32,000 nucleotides of DNA from Candidatus Harpocratesius repetitus. GTDB lineage: Archaea; Asgardarchaeota; Lokiarchaeia; Sigyniarchaeales; Promethearchaeaceae. How positions within the stretch are numbered: position 1 is the stretch's first letter; every line of letters begins with the position of its first letter. Position numbers and translations under genes: made by a program. The notes under the pieces were generated by a model that saw nothing but the letters and a program-made list of their open reading frames with translations, ran no database searches and had not been told where the DNA came from. Below are positions 8,484 to 17,198 of the stretch, piece by piece. The stretch spans positions 4,020,001 through 4,052,000 of the forward strand of contig JAIZWK010000001.1 of assembly GCA_021498095.1 (NCBI GenBank), read 5' to 3'.

Positions 8484-9953
8484 TTAAAGGCGGCTAACAA
8501 AAGCGGTCACCTCGGCAATGTAGTTATCAAAATGGCTTAGAAAATCGTTATAGGCCGGATCTTCTTCGGCTTCCTGTCCGTAGTAGTAGCGTAACTCCTC
8601 TATATAAGTAAGGTAATAGCGGTATACCTGCTGGAGCATTTTCAACTTATTAGGGTCCTGGAACATGAGATGGGGTTGTTCAATTTGATCGTACCAATCT
8701 TTTATTTCACTATTGAATGCAATATGGCCTTCATCATCCAGATAGGGAACCCAATGTTTTACTTCTATTTTTTCACCATTTATATAAGAGTAAGAAACGG
8801 CTTGATCAGATTTTTCTCCCAAGACTCCAAATGATTTTACTATATTTTCAATGGTGGTTTGGGTATATCCGTAAAATCTGGCCCCGAAATCATTCTGCAA
8901 TCTTACTTCCCGAAGCCATTCAGCCATCTCGGTGATGAGTTCTTTAATGGTCATTCCCCGCATTTCGGGTAGATTACGCAGCGCAAAAAAGGCTTCCGCA
9001 TGGGGTTTCATGATGCAAACCAGTTGTTTATGAGCTTCTTCATTACCTGCAATCTCATCAATTTGTTTTTGAAATGCTTTAATAGCTTCAGTTCCCTCTG
9101 TAAAAATATTGATGATGGACAAGTCGTTTTGATGACTGGTCCACACCCTTAATGCTTTACGTTTCCAATATTTAAAATCATTTGGTTTTGCTCCATGTAA
9201 TCCGACACCAAAAATGCCGGGATCACGCCAAGTAATTGAATCACCATCCCGCTTTACCAACCACAGCATGTTTTCCATAACTATCCAATCGATTTTATAT
9301 CGAATAATATACGCTTTACCTTTCTCGCTTTCGGATTCTAACCATTCGTTTTTAATCGGATCCCACAAATCCATCATGAATTGCGGCTTGATAACAGCGT
9401 AAGGCGACATCTGACCTTTTACAAAGGTTCCCAGTTGAGCCATATCGAATGAACCATCATCACGCCTTAAACTCAGCATAACTTTAGTTATTTCAACTTC
9501 ACCTGATGAGTCGAGACCTTCCAAGACCTGCTTTCCGCACTGGATAAATTTGGCTGCAAAATTATTTTTAGTAGCACCGATGATGATTTTCGGATCGGGC
9601 AAACTCGTTGGGGGCACATAGTAATGTTCATCTCCCACTTTCGTGGAAAGGTATTGCTCTTTTATTAGTTGTTGCTTTTCGCTTGAAGATAATTTATTTT
9701 CTAATAGATAATCAATGTCTTCATGAAAATCATCGATATTCTCATAAATCGAAGCCAATGACAACCACATCAGGTGAATCAATTCCCATTCAAATATATA
9801 GGACTGTCTATCTGTTTCTTTAAAATTTCCCAGATTTGTAATATAATCTATTCTACTTCCTCCTTTTTCCAATCTCGCAAAGAATAAACTGTGAACAGGA
9901 ATATTCATTTTATTAAGAAATATGCTCAAAAATGTAAACACATTTTGTTGCAT
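8484..9953 (-). CDS. Large orphan hypothetical protein (489 aa as called), probably the C-terminal part of a longer frame-disrupted ORF
   Basis: Long ORF with visibly higher GC than the flanking core genes and no recognisable motif. Its frame stays open upstream to 10043, overlapping the upstream ORF. Confidence 0.75.
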   Translation of the reverse strand: MQQNVFTFLSIFLNKMNIPVHSLFFARLEKGGSRIDYITNLGNFKETDRQSYIFEWELIHLMWLSLASIYENIDDFHEDIDYLLENKLSSSEKQQLIKEQYLSTKVGDEHYYVPPTSLPDPKIIIGATKNNFAAKFIQCGKQVLEGLDSSGEVEITKVMLSLRRDDGSFDMAQLGTFVKGQMSPYAVIKPQFMMDLWDPIKNEWLESESEKGKAYIIRYKIDWIVMENMLWLVKRDGDSITWRDPGIFGVGLHGAKPNDFKYWKRKALRVWTSHQNDLSIINIFTEGTEAIKAFQKQIDEIAGNEEAHKQLVCIMKPHAEAFFALRNLPEMRGMTIKELITEMAEWLREVRLQNDFGARFYGYTQTTIENIVKSFGVLGEKSDQAVSYSYINGEKIEVKHWVPYLDDEGHIAFNSEIKDWYDQIEQPHLMFQDPNKLKMLQQVYRYYLTYIEELRYYYGQEAEEDPAYNDFLSHFDNYIAEVTAFVSRL

Positions 9954-9994
9954 AACTGAAATTGGATGGTTTTTGTCAATAGTAGTGAGTGCTT

Positions 9995-10303
9995 CTATTT
10001 TAATAGATTTTCGGCGAGGTTTTTTACTTTGGAAATAACTAAATCATTATAAACCATTTTTTTTGCAATTCCTGTTTTGCCCGATAAATTATCCATCCAG
10101 CGTACATATTTATGGGTTTTATCCTTATCAAAAAGATCTTCCAAAATATAATTCAAGTCGATAACATCATTATATTCTTCATCAGTGAGCATCATGCTCA
10201 ATTCTTGATAGCCACTGATTGAGTGCATTCGTTCAACTAACCAAGAAAGTCTATTATAAGAACAGTAATAATCAAAACTAATTTTCGGCTCTTCTTTGGG
10301 CAA
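9995..10303 (-). CDS. Hypothetical protein (102 aa), probable middle segment of the frame-disrupted orphan
   Basis: TTG start. It ends GTA AAA AAC CTC...TAG, where a -1 shift enters the frame of 8484-9953. Confidence 0.55.
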   Translation of the reverse strand: MPKEEPKISFDYYCSYNRLSWLVERMHSISGYQELSMMLTDEEYNDVIDLNYILEDLFDKDKTHKYVRWMDNLSGKTGIAKKMVYNDLVISKVKNLAENLLK

Positions 10304-10330
10304 TTTTTCTTTTTCAGATTTTTAGATTTT

Positions 10331-10423
10331 TCAAGTATTCATTATATCTTTTTTTACATCAGGTCGGGAAAAATATTCGAAAGGATTAAACCGCTCTTCT
10401 TTTTTGGGTTGTGCATCTGCCAT
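10331..10423 (-). pseudogene. 30-aa ORF MADAQPKKEERFNPFEYFSRPDVKKDIMNT, probable N-terminal segment of the frame-disrupted orphan
   Basis: ATG preceded by an operator-like dyad and a TTAAATAG box. QPKKEERFNPFEYFS resembles LPKEEPKISFDYYCS 40 codons downstream. Confidence 0.4.
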
Positions 10424-10427
10424 GATA

Positions 10428-10441
10428 ATCAAATATTTGAT
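10428..10441. promoter_or_regulatory. Perfect 14-bp palindrome immediately upstream of ATG 10423
   Basis: ATCAAATATTTGAT. Confidence 0.4.
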
Positions 10442-10485
10442 AAGCTGTTACCTATTTAAGAATTGCACGATTTTGATTTGATAGA

Positions 10486-10926
10486 TTATTGATCTCCACC
10501 CACCTTATAGGCAATCACCACCCGTGCCACCTTCCTCTGCTCAATTTGCTTCAGCAGCCGCCACAATCCTCGACGTATCGGATTCAAGCCTGAACCGTAT
10601 TCTTTAATAATTTTTGCAGGTGATTCATCAGTAAAATGCTCTTTGTGATATTTTTTCAATCGTTCGACCTGTCTGTCAAGATTTCCATCTTTCTTTTGTT
10701 TGGCGGATGAGACTCTGGCATAAATATAGGTCGATTTTACAGTTTCTTCTGCTGGTTGGCACGGTAGATTAACCGATTCGGGCAGAAAATCCGCCAACTG
10801 TTCCCATGAATACCGTCGGTGATTTCCAAATGTCCTTTTAGGAACGAGGTATCCTTTTCTATCCCATCTGCGCAGAGTTGCGGGAGTAACTCCTAGAAGG
10901 CGTGAAGTTTCGGAGATGGTCAGCAT
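10486..10926 (-). pseudogene. tnpA: IS607-family TnpA (MerR-type HTH plus serine recombinase), C-terminally truncated
   Basis: MLTISETSRLLGVTPATLRRWDRKG...RTFGNHRRY HTH; YARVSS catalytic motif; EYGSGLN..RRGL. Breaks off after VVIAYK where the family normally continues DRL.R. TTTATATA box (10956-10949) lies 23 nt upstream. Confidence 0.9.
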
Positions 10927-11029
10927 AGAATTAAATTTGAGAAAGATCTATATAAATTCAATGATGGGTGATCAAGTTTGATCAAAAATTTTTTTGCTGT
11001 TGATTAGTTTTTATCGGATTGTCCCCCCC
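10486..11029 (-). mobile_element. IS607-family element remnant (left end plus truncated tnpA, no tnpB)
   Basis: tnpA is preceded by a ~95-bp AT-rich segment with TTGATCA direct repeats at 10-bp spacing. That segment starts right after a G7 run (minus strand; C7 at 11023-11029). The end position is inferred. Confidence 0.6.
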
Positions 11030-11179
11030 AGGTTCCCTTAATTCCTGAAGGTCACGAAAATACTAATTCCCGCGTGTGAATTCTAGGGAATTACATCTTG
11101 GACATTGATTAGGAGGGTAGTCTGCATCTGAAATTTCTCTCGTTTCAATCCGAATTTTGGATTTTAACGCTTTTCCCAT
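11023..11179 (-). pseudogene. N-terminal zinc-ribbon remnant of a transposase (zf-ISL3-like), with internal stop, interrupted by the IS607 remnant
   Basis: Manual translation MGKALKSKIRIETREISDADYPPNQCPRCNSLEFTRGN*YFRDLQELREPGG shows CxxC followed by R-DLQEL, resembling zf-ISL3-type transposase N-termini. TTTATAT box (11209-11203) lies 24 nt upstream. Confidence 0.5.
11142..11168 (-). repeat. Solitary CRISPR-repeat-like sequence (single copy, no array)
   Basis: Minus strand GTTAAAATCCAAAATTCGGATTGAAAC has an ATTGAAAC 3' handle and an internal AATCC/GGATT stem. It overlaps the transposase remnant reading frame. Confidence 0.3.
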
Positions 11180-11433
11180 ATTCTAGTTAAGAAACTCAAG
11201 TGATATAAAGTTACCTAAAAAGGTCAAAATCCTTGCAGCTACTTGGAGAATGATCACATGAAGTGATCTTTAATGCTTAAAAGTAAAGAAATTGCCTTGT
11301 GAATTCAAGAAAAAAATGGAAGAAACATAGAATTATGTCGGAACGCCATTCTAATCATGTAAACGATCTATTATTATTTTATCATTGCCAAAAAAAGATA
11401 AGAATAAGAAAATTTCAATAATTCAGATTTATA

Positions 11434-12945
11434 TTATTTAGATTCTTCGAGACGTCGCTTTATTAAAGCCTTTTGGACATTGCGCCAACGTTCACCATGG
11501 AGTGGAAAGATAATTAATAGTGAAATAACTAAAAGGATTCCTGCAATATTGGCAATACTCATTAATACTCTTAATCCTAATTGTAGATTGCCAATATTTT
11601 CTCCTTCTTGAACACCTAACACGTAATCACTCCATCCATAGCCAGATAACACAACCATAATAACTAAAACCACCAATATTGTGGAATATCGGTTTATTAG
11701 CGAATTTACGCCATAGAAACTGCCTTGGCGTCGTTTACCGGTTTTGACTTCATCTTCATCAATCACACGTCCAATTAGAATATCAACATAGTACATTGCC
11801 CCAGATAGACCAATACCCACAAATGCCATTGCCAAAATAGCCCAATCTTGACTATTGTTATTGAAAAACCAAAATGGAATTAGAGATAAAATCCAAATAG
11901 AATCACTAATGATAAAACCGATCCTCATATCAAATTTCTTTCCCATCCATTCCATCAAAGGAAAAGTGGCGGCAGCAACTAGTAAAGCAACAAGAAGCAT
12001 GAGTGTAAGGGTAAAATCTCCTTTTTCAATTCCTAAAACCCAGATTCCATAAAGTGAAATTACAGCAGTTAAAAGTTTAAATACAAACCAATTAAGCATA
12101 TTGGCAGTGATGAAAATAAGAAATGCTTTATTTTTCATAGTTTCCTTCAATGATTGCCACATTCCAGGCATTTCTTCTGGTTTTGTCATTTCAGCAGGAT
12201 CTTCTTTCATACCTAAGTGGAAAAAGAGATAACCCATAACAAGAGTGATAATTGCAATTAATAATGCAACTTGACGATATTCTATCGGAATTCGTTCAGC
12301 GATATCTGGTGGAGTGTTTGTATCTGCTGCCATAGGATTAATTAAGAATGATGGTAAAGCAAAACCAATTAAAATACCAACAATTGTCATTGTGTTTTTA
12401 ATTCTATTAGCGCGTCCTCGCTCTCGCTCAGATTTGAACATTTCTGGGAAAAGTGCAGTTTGATTAGCTGAAAACATAGTATAGAAAAGATCATAAAGAC
12501 AGATAATAAGAACCATATAAGCAGTGTTCCATCCATCAGATTCAATAGGAATTGGCCAAAACCGAGGAGGAAAGAATATTAAGAAATTCATCAAAGCGAA
12601 AGGTATAAGACTTAAAAGCACCCAAAACCGTCGTCTGCCGAATTTTGACTGGGTTCTATCCGATAAAGCCCCAATAATTGGGTCATTAATACTATCCCAT
12701 ACTGCAAATAAAATATAGCTAGGTGCTAACCAAAAAAGATCAATCCCCACCACTGCATAATAGAAGGTAAACGCAGCAAATTGAAAGAATTGATGGGACA
12801 TCTGGTCTGTCAGAGCACCAAAACCGAAAGTCATGGTAGTTGTTGTCGAATGAGTATATTCATTGAAATCGTTTTCGTAGGTGCTGAGATATTGCTCATT
12901 CGATGTGTTTTCTTTAGTGGTCATAATTAAATTTCTCCATATCAT
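11434..12945 (-). CDS. MFS transporter, GPH/MelB (glycoside-pentoside-hexuronide) family
   Basis: About 12 TM segments; WDSINDPIIGALSDRTQSKFGRRRFW; DEDEVKTGKRRQGSFYG. Likely start at 12924 (MTTK). Confidence 0.92.
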   Translation of the reverse strand: MIWRNLIMTTKENTSNEQYLSTYENDFNEYTHSTTTTMTFGFGALTDQMSHQFFQFAAFTFYYAVVGIDLFWLAPSYILFAVWDSINDPIIGALSDRTQSKFGRRRFWVLLSLIPFALMNFLIFFPPRFWPIPIESDGWNTAYMVLIICLYDLFYTMFSANQTALFPEMFKSERERGRANRIKNTMTIVGILIGFALPSFLINPMAADTNTPPDIAERIPIEYRQVALLIAIITLVMGYLFFHLGMKEDPAEMTKPEEMPGMWQSLKETMKNKAFLIFITANMLNWFVFKLLTAVISLYGIWVLGIEKGDFTLTLMLLVALLVAAATFPLMEWMGKKFDMRIGFIISDSIWILSLIPFWFFNNNSQDWAILAMAFVGIGLSGAMYYVDILIGRVIDEDEVKTGKRRQGSFYGVNSLINRYSTILVVLVIMVVLSGYGWSDYVLGVQEGENIGNLQLGLRVLMSIANIAGILLVISLLIIFPLHGERWRNVQKALIKRRLEESK

Positions 12946-13084
12946 AAAAGAATTTGGGAAAGAAGAGACATTTTCAACAAAAATAGATCTAATTAATTAA
13001 ATATCTCTCTTAGTAAATTTAAACTTGATCACCTCATTTTCACTAAAAAAAAAGGATGAAGCTGAAAAAAGAAAAGATTATAAT

Positions 13085-13951
13085 TTACATATCTTTTAAT
13101 AGAAATTCTAAAAATTCTTCAAATTCACTTACACTTATTGGAATTTTTCTATTTTGCCAACTTTTTTTAATTCGATTTGGGAATTGTTTTTTTACTTTTT
13201 GATAAAGAGTTGCGACTATTGGTACTCTCAAATTTGCTTTAGAAAGAATTTCAGGGGTTTGAAAAAGCCCACGTAATTTTCCATCAAAGAGAATTTCCCC
13301 TGCATGTAATACGATTACCCGTTTGAAAAATGCTGGAATTTGATCAACTTCATGACTAATCAAAAGTATGGTTTTTCCTTGAGAATGCAAATCAAACAAA
13401 ATTTTAGTTAAGTCTTGCCGTGTTTTAGGATCTAAATTTGCAAATGGTTCATCAAACAAATAAATATCTGGGTCCATTGCATAAACTGCTGCGATAGCAA
13501 CTTTTTTCTTTTCTCCCTGTGATAAATGAAAAACCTTTTTTTCCATAATAGATTGAATTCCAATTGCTTCAGCTGCTTTGAAAATCTGTTTTTCTAGTTT
13601 GATACCTCGAAATCCCAAATTCCAAGGACCAAATGCCAATTCTTCCTTTACTGTAGGTAAAAATAACTGATCATTTGAATTTTGGAATATTAACCCTATC
13701 TTTTTTCTAATTCTTTTTTCATTTTTATGATTTATTTCCAAACCTTCTGCTGTAATTGTTCCAGAGTGACCTGAAACTAAATGAAGTAGATTTAAAAACA
13801 ACGTGGATTTACCTGAGCCATTTTCACCCAATAAAACAACTGCTTCACCTTTTTCAACACTAAAGGAAATTGATTTAAGAATAGGGAGATGAGGATGATA
13901 AGAAAAACTAACATCACTAAATGAGATTATTTCGGGCATAAATATCACCAA
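13085..13951 (-). CDS. cbiO: ECF transporter ATPase (CbiO/NikO)
   Basis: GENGSGKST, FQNSNDQLF, LSQGEKKKVAIA, LFDEPFANLD, ISH. Operonic with cbiMNQ. Confidence 0.9.
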   Translation of the reverse strand: MVIFMPEIISFSDVSFSYHPHLPILKSISFSVEKGEAVVLLGENGSGKSTLFLNLLHLVSGHSGTITAEGLEINHKNEKRIRKKIGLIFQNSNDQLFLPTVKEELAFGPWNLGFRGIKLEKQIFKAAEAIGIQSIMEKKVFHLSQGEKKKVAIAAVYAMDPDIYLFDEPFANLDPKTRQDLTKILFDLHSQGKTILLISHEVDQIPAFFKRVIVLHAGEILFDGKLRGLFQTPEILSKANLRVPIVATLYQKVKKQFPNRIKKSWQNRKIPISVSEFEEFLEFLLKDM

Positions 13952-14820
13952 AAACTGCAGAATTTCGCAAAATTGTGCAGCAAATCACTGAATTGTACAA
14001 GAATTGCGATTGTAAAACCACTTCCAGTTAATAATAGATAAACCAGTGTACTTTTTGGGTTTATTGAAAATTCTAATAAGGGAAATTCACCATGATATCC
14101 TCGAGCAATCATAGCGCGGTGAATAGATGCACCTTGATGTATAGACTGAAGTAAAAGGTGGCCGAATAAATTTGAAAGATGAATAAAACGCGCCTTAAAT
14201 GGAAGTTTCTGTAAATGGCGCGTTGCATCAGCTCGTAATAAGGTGACCAAATTATCAAAAAAGAAAAAGAAATATCGATACGTTAGAATTAAAAGTGAAC
14301 TAACAATAGATGGAATCCGCATTTGGCGTAGGGCATGAATGATTTGTATGAAAGGAGTTGAACAAATAAGAAAGGAAATGATAATTATTGTAGTTAATAT
14401 CCGTAAAAAGTAATTTACTGCTAATTGTAATCCTTCAATAGTAGTGGTTATAGTTAATGAACCAATAGAAAATCGCCACCATTCTGTTCCTGAAGTAAAA
14501 AATATAAGAGGAATAGCAATTAAAAATGGATAAATAATCCCTAAAACAAGCACAAATTTAAAAAATTGGCGGTTATTATTACGAAATCCTATATTAGAAA
14601 GAATAATTATAATAGAAAGCCCTAACCAAATACATGCTTTAGTGATTACATTATTAGTTAGAATAATAAAACCAATAGTAACAATTAATTTAATTACAGG
14701 AGATACAGCAAAAAAAAAAGAATTACGGGTATGATCAAGTTCATACGCCAAGTAATTCTGGAATTTTTGATTTATTTGATTAACTAGGGACATTTTTTTT
14801 TCAGCATTGAATATATGCAT
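13945..14820 (-). CDS. cbiQ: ECF transporter T component (CbiQ/NikQ)
   Basis: ALRQMRIP...LTYRYFF, LRADATR and AMIARGY motifs. Confidence 0.88.
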   Translation of the reverse strand: MHIFNAEKKMSLVNQINQKFQNYLAYELDHTRNSFFFAVSPVIKLIVTIGFIILTNNVITKACIWLGLSIIIILSNIGFRNNNRQFFKFVLVLGIIYPFLIAIPLIFFTSGTEWWRFSIGSLTITTTIEGLQLAVNYFLRILTTIIIISFLICSTPFIQIIHALRQMRIPSIVSSLLILTYRYFFFFFDNLVTLLRADATRHLQKLPFKARFIHLSNLFGHLLLQSIHQGASIHRAMIARGYHGEFPLLEFSINPKSTLVYLLLTGSGFTIAILVQFSDLLHNFAKFCSFW

Positions 14821-14845
14821 ACAGCGATTATAAGGTATTTCGAAC

Positions 14846-15214
14846 TTAATTTGTCATAACTTCATTCGAGGTAGATTCTGTTTGATTTTCACCAGTTATA
14901 TGCTTAATTTTAACCAACTTGAAGATACCAAACATAACCGCTCCAACAATAATTGCTCCTATTAGCCCAATTAACCAAGTGTGTATATAAGTATTTTCAC
15001 TAATTTTAAAGCTATAATCAGGAAAAGGAGCACTTTCATATTCTATGTTTGAATCTGGTTCATATTCTTCATTATTAGTCAGATCAAACATTACCCGCTC
15101 TAATCCATCAGGACCTGCTAAATATAATGGCATCCACAAAAAGGCGCCTAAAATGACCATTGACCCTCCAAAAAGCATTAAAGCAATTTTGTATTCTCGT
15201 TTCATTTTGTTCAA
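14846..15214 (-). CDS. PDGLE-domain accessory subunit (CbiN/NikN-like)
   Basis: Two TM segments flanking GPDGLE and APFPDY. Likely ATG at 15205. Confidence 0.85.
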   Translation of the reverse strand: MNKMKREYKIALMLFGGSMVILGAFLWMPLYLAGPDGLERVMFDLTNNEEYEPDSNIEYESAPFPDYSFKISENTYIHTWLIGLIGAIIVGAVMFGIFKLVKIKHITGENQTESTSNEVMTN

Positions 15215-15952
15215 TCAGCTCCAAATAGGGATTTTTTGAATGTTTGGGATATATTCAGGAGCATATTTTTTGAAAAACGCCACAACAAATGTTGTTATTA
15301 ATGCTTCACCTAAACCAATTAAAGCATGATATCCCAACATAAATGGAACTGTAAGTGAAATTGGATAAGGAAATGAAGAAGAAATACCAATTTCAAGCCC
15401 ACAGATCAAAGATGCAGTTAACAAAGAAAAGTACGCTCCAATAAACGCACCTATTAATAATCCTCTATCTTGATAAAGACCTTTTTTTACCACTTTTGAT
15501 TGCAAAGAAGACTCAGAATTTTCAGAACTCTCAGGATGATCTTGAGGAATAGGTTTAACCATACGTTTTCGAATCACCCAATATAGGAGATATCCTGGCA
15601 ATGTAGCAATTGCCATATTAAAGATATTTGCACCTAAGGCAAGAATTCCGCCATCTGCAAAAATAAAAGCTTGAATGGTCAATATTACTGTCATCATCCA
15701 AAATGCAGCAGAAGGTGATATTAATATTGCTAACAAAATGAAACCTAAGAAATGCCCGCTGGTTCCAGCTGCAATTGGGAAGTTCAACATTTGAAATGCG
15801 AATACTACCGCAGTTAAGACTGAGGCAATAGGTGTTAGTTCTCCTTGTAAAGATTTTCGAACTTTTATTAAGGAATACGCACCATATGCAAAAACAACAA
15901 TCCATAAAGGGATAAGGATTGTCAGATCCAATAATCCATCTGCAATATGCAT
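15215..15952 (-). CDS. cbiM: ECF Co/Ni substrate-binding component CbiM/NikM
   Basis: MHIADG N-terminus (true start 15952, not 15976, because the metal-binding N-terminal Met-His is expected), GTSGHFLG, DGGILALGAN. Confidence 0.92.
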   Translation of the reverse strand: MHIADGLLDLTILIPLWIVVFAYGAYSLIKVRKSLQGELTPIASVLTAVVFAFQMLNFPIAAGTSGHFLGFILLAILISPSAAFWMMTVILTIQAFIFADGGILALGANIFNMAIATLPGYLLYWVIRKRMVKPIPQDHPESSENSESSLQSKVVKKGLYQDRGLLIGAFIGAYFSLLTASLICGLEIGISSSFPYPISLTVPFMLGYHALIGLGEALITTFVVAFFKKYAPEYIPNIQKIPIWS

Positions 15953-16142
15953 AAGTAATAAGACAATGAGTATCACAATTTTTAAAATTTTTCATACTCT
16001 TGTTAATTAAAAAAAATTTGTATGGGAAAGTTTTAATAATGGTAATTTAAGCTTTTTTTTATTTGATTAAATAATTACTTATATAAAAGTGCTTAACAGA
16101 ATTATAAATGATTTTTATTACTGTATTTGATAATTTGAATTT

Positions 16143-17042
16143 TTGAGGAAGAAAGGAACTATGGAAAAAGCAAGCTCAATTGGAGTAAAAATTAAACCAA
16201 TTTCACGCAGTCATCAATTAATTGATGATTATACAACAGAAGCTAAAAGTAAAAACCTTATCTGGGCAACTACAGAGTGCGACATCACAGTTATACGAGA
16301 CATAATGCGAGCTTATACAAAAAAAACAGGTGAAAAAATTAGTTTCACTGCATTCTTAATCGCTGTAATCGCACATGTAGCAGAACAGCATAAATTTCCG
16401 ATTAACACACTAAGGAAAGGTCGTAAAAAATTCTATATTTTCGATGATGTTGATGTAATGACTAATATCGAACGAGTTGTGGATGGGGTTAAAAAACCAA
16501 CAAATTATACAGTCCGGAAGGCTCAAAACAAAACATTAAAAGAAATTCATGATGAAATTCGCACAGCACAACATCAAAAGTCTGCAGGTTTATCAAGTTC
16601 AGGCAAAAAGACGGCAAAATTACTAAAAATATTAATTAAAATGCCCCGATTTATTCGAAGAATGGTAATTCACAAAATTTTCACCGATCCAATGTTAAAA
16701 AAGCAACTTCTTGGAACAATTGGAGTAACATCTGTAGGAATGTTCGGAATTGGCATGGGAAAGATGATTCATATTACACCACATACTCTAAGTATGGGTG
16801 TTGGGGGAATTGAAAAAATGACTTATGTTTTGGATGATAAAGTAGTAATTCGTGAATTTTTAGGAATTACTTTAGCTATGGACCATGCAATTATTGATGG
16901 AGGACCCGCAACGAGATTTTTACACGATCTTCGCTATACTATAGAATACCGCTGCATTGACCAAGATTGGTGCTTTAAATCACTGGGTTTCACTGATGAA
17001 GAACTGCAAGAATTTGCTAAAAATGTTGGTCACAGACGATAA
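16143..17042 (+). CDS. 2-oxoacid dehydrogenase E2-type acyltransferase catalytic domain, without lipoyl or E1/E3-binding domains
   Basis: ISFTAFLIAVIAH, GTIGVTSVGMFG, LAMDHAIIDGGPATRF (HxxxDG). Likely ATG at 16161. Confidence 0.85.
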   Translation: MRKKGTMEKASSIGVKIKPISRSHQLIDDYTTEAKSKNLIWATTECDITVIRDIMRAYTKKTGEKISFTAFLIAVIAHVAEQHKFPINTLRKGRKKFYIFDDVDVMTNIERVVDGVKKPTNYTVRKAQNKTLKEIHDEIRTAQHQKSAGLSSSGKKTAKLLKILIKMPRFIRRMVIHKIFTDPMLKKQLLGTIGVTSVGMFGIGMGKMIHITPHTLSMGVGGIEKMTYVLDDKVVIREFLGITLAMDHAIIDGGPATRFLHDLRYTIEYRCIDQDWCFKSLGFTDEELQEFAKNVGHRR

Positions 17043-17198
17043 TGACAATAGAATCATAAAAATAATCGATTGATCATACGATTAAAATATAACATTTTTT
17101 TTACTAAATTCTTTTGAAAAATACTTGATAATTTTGATGCGAACATTCAAATACAGCAATTTCTAGTAAAAATCACCGCATTTTATGTAAAATAATTA

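Noticed and set aside
7493-9823. Short ORFs 7493-7687, 7863-8114, 8717-8935, 9214-9402 and 9608-9823
   Set aside because: They lie inside longer ORFs (antisense or alternate frame) and have no recognisable features.
8484-9953. Orphan as a TnpB/Fanzor/Cas12-like nuclease because it follows IS607 tnpA
   Set aside because: No RuvC D-E-D motifs or zinc finger recognisable by eye.
11142-11168. Calling a CRISPR array at the repeat-like sequence
   Set aside because: Only one copy, no second repeat at spacer distance on either side, and no cas genes in the window. Kept only as a solitary-unit hypothesis.
10447-11217. GTTACCTA occurring at 10447-10454 and 11210-11217 as element-end repeats
   Set aside because: Only 8 bp, and in different positions relative to the TATA boxes. 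Compatible with chance.
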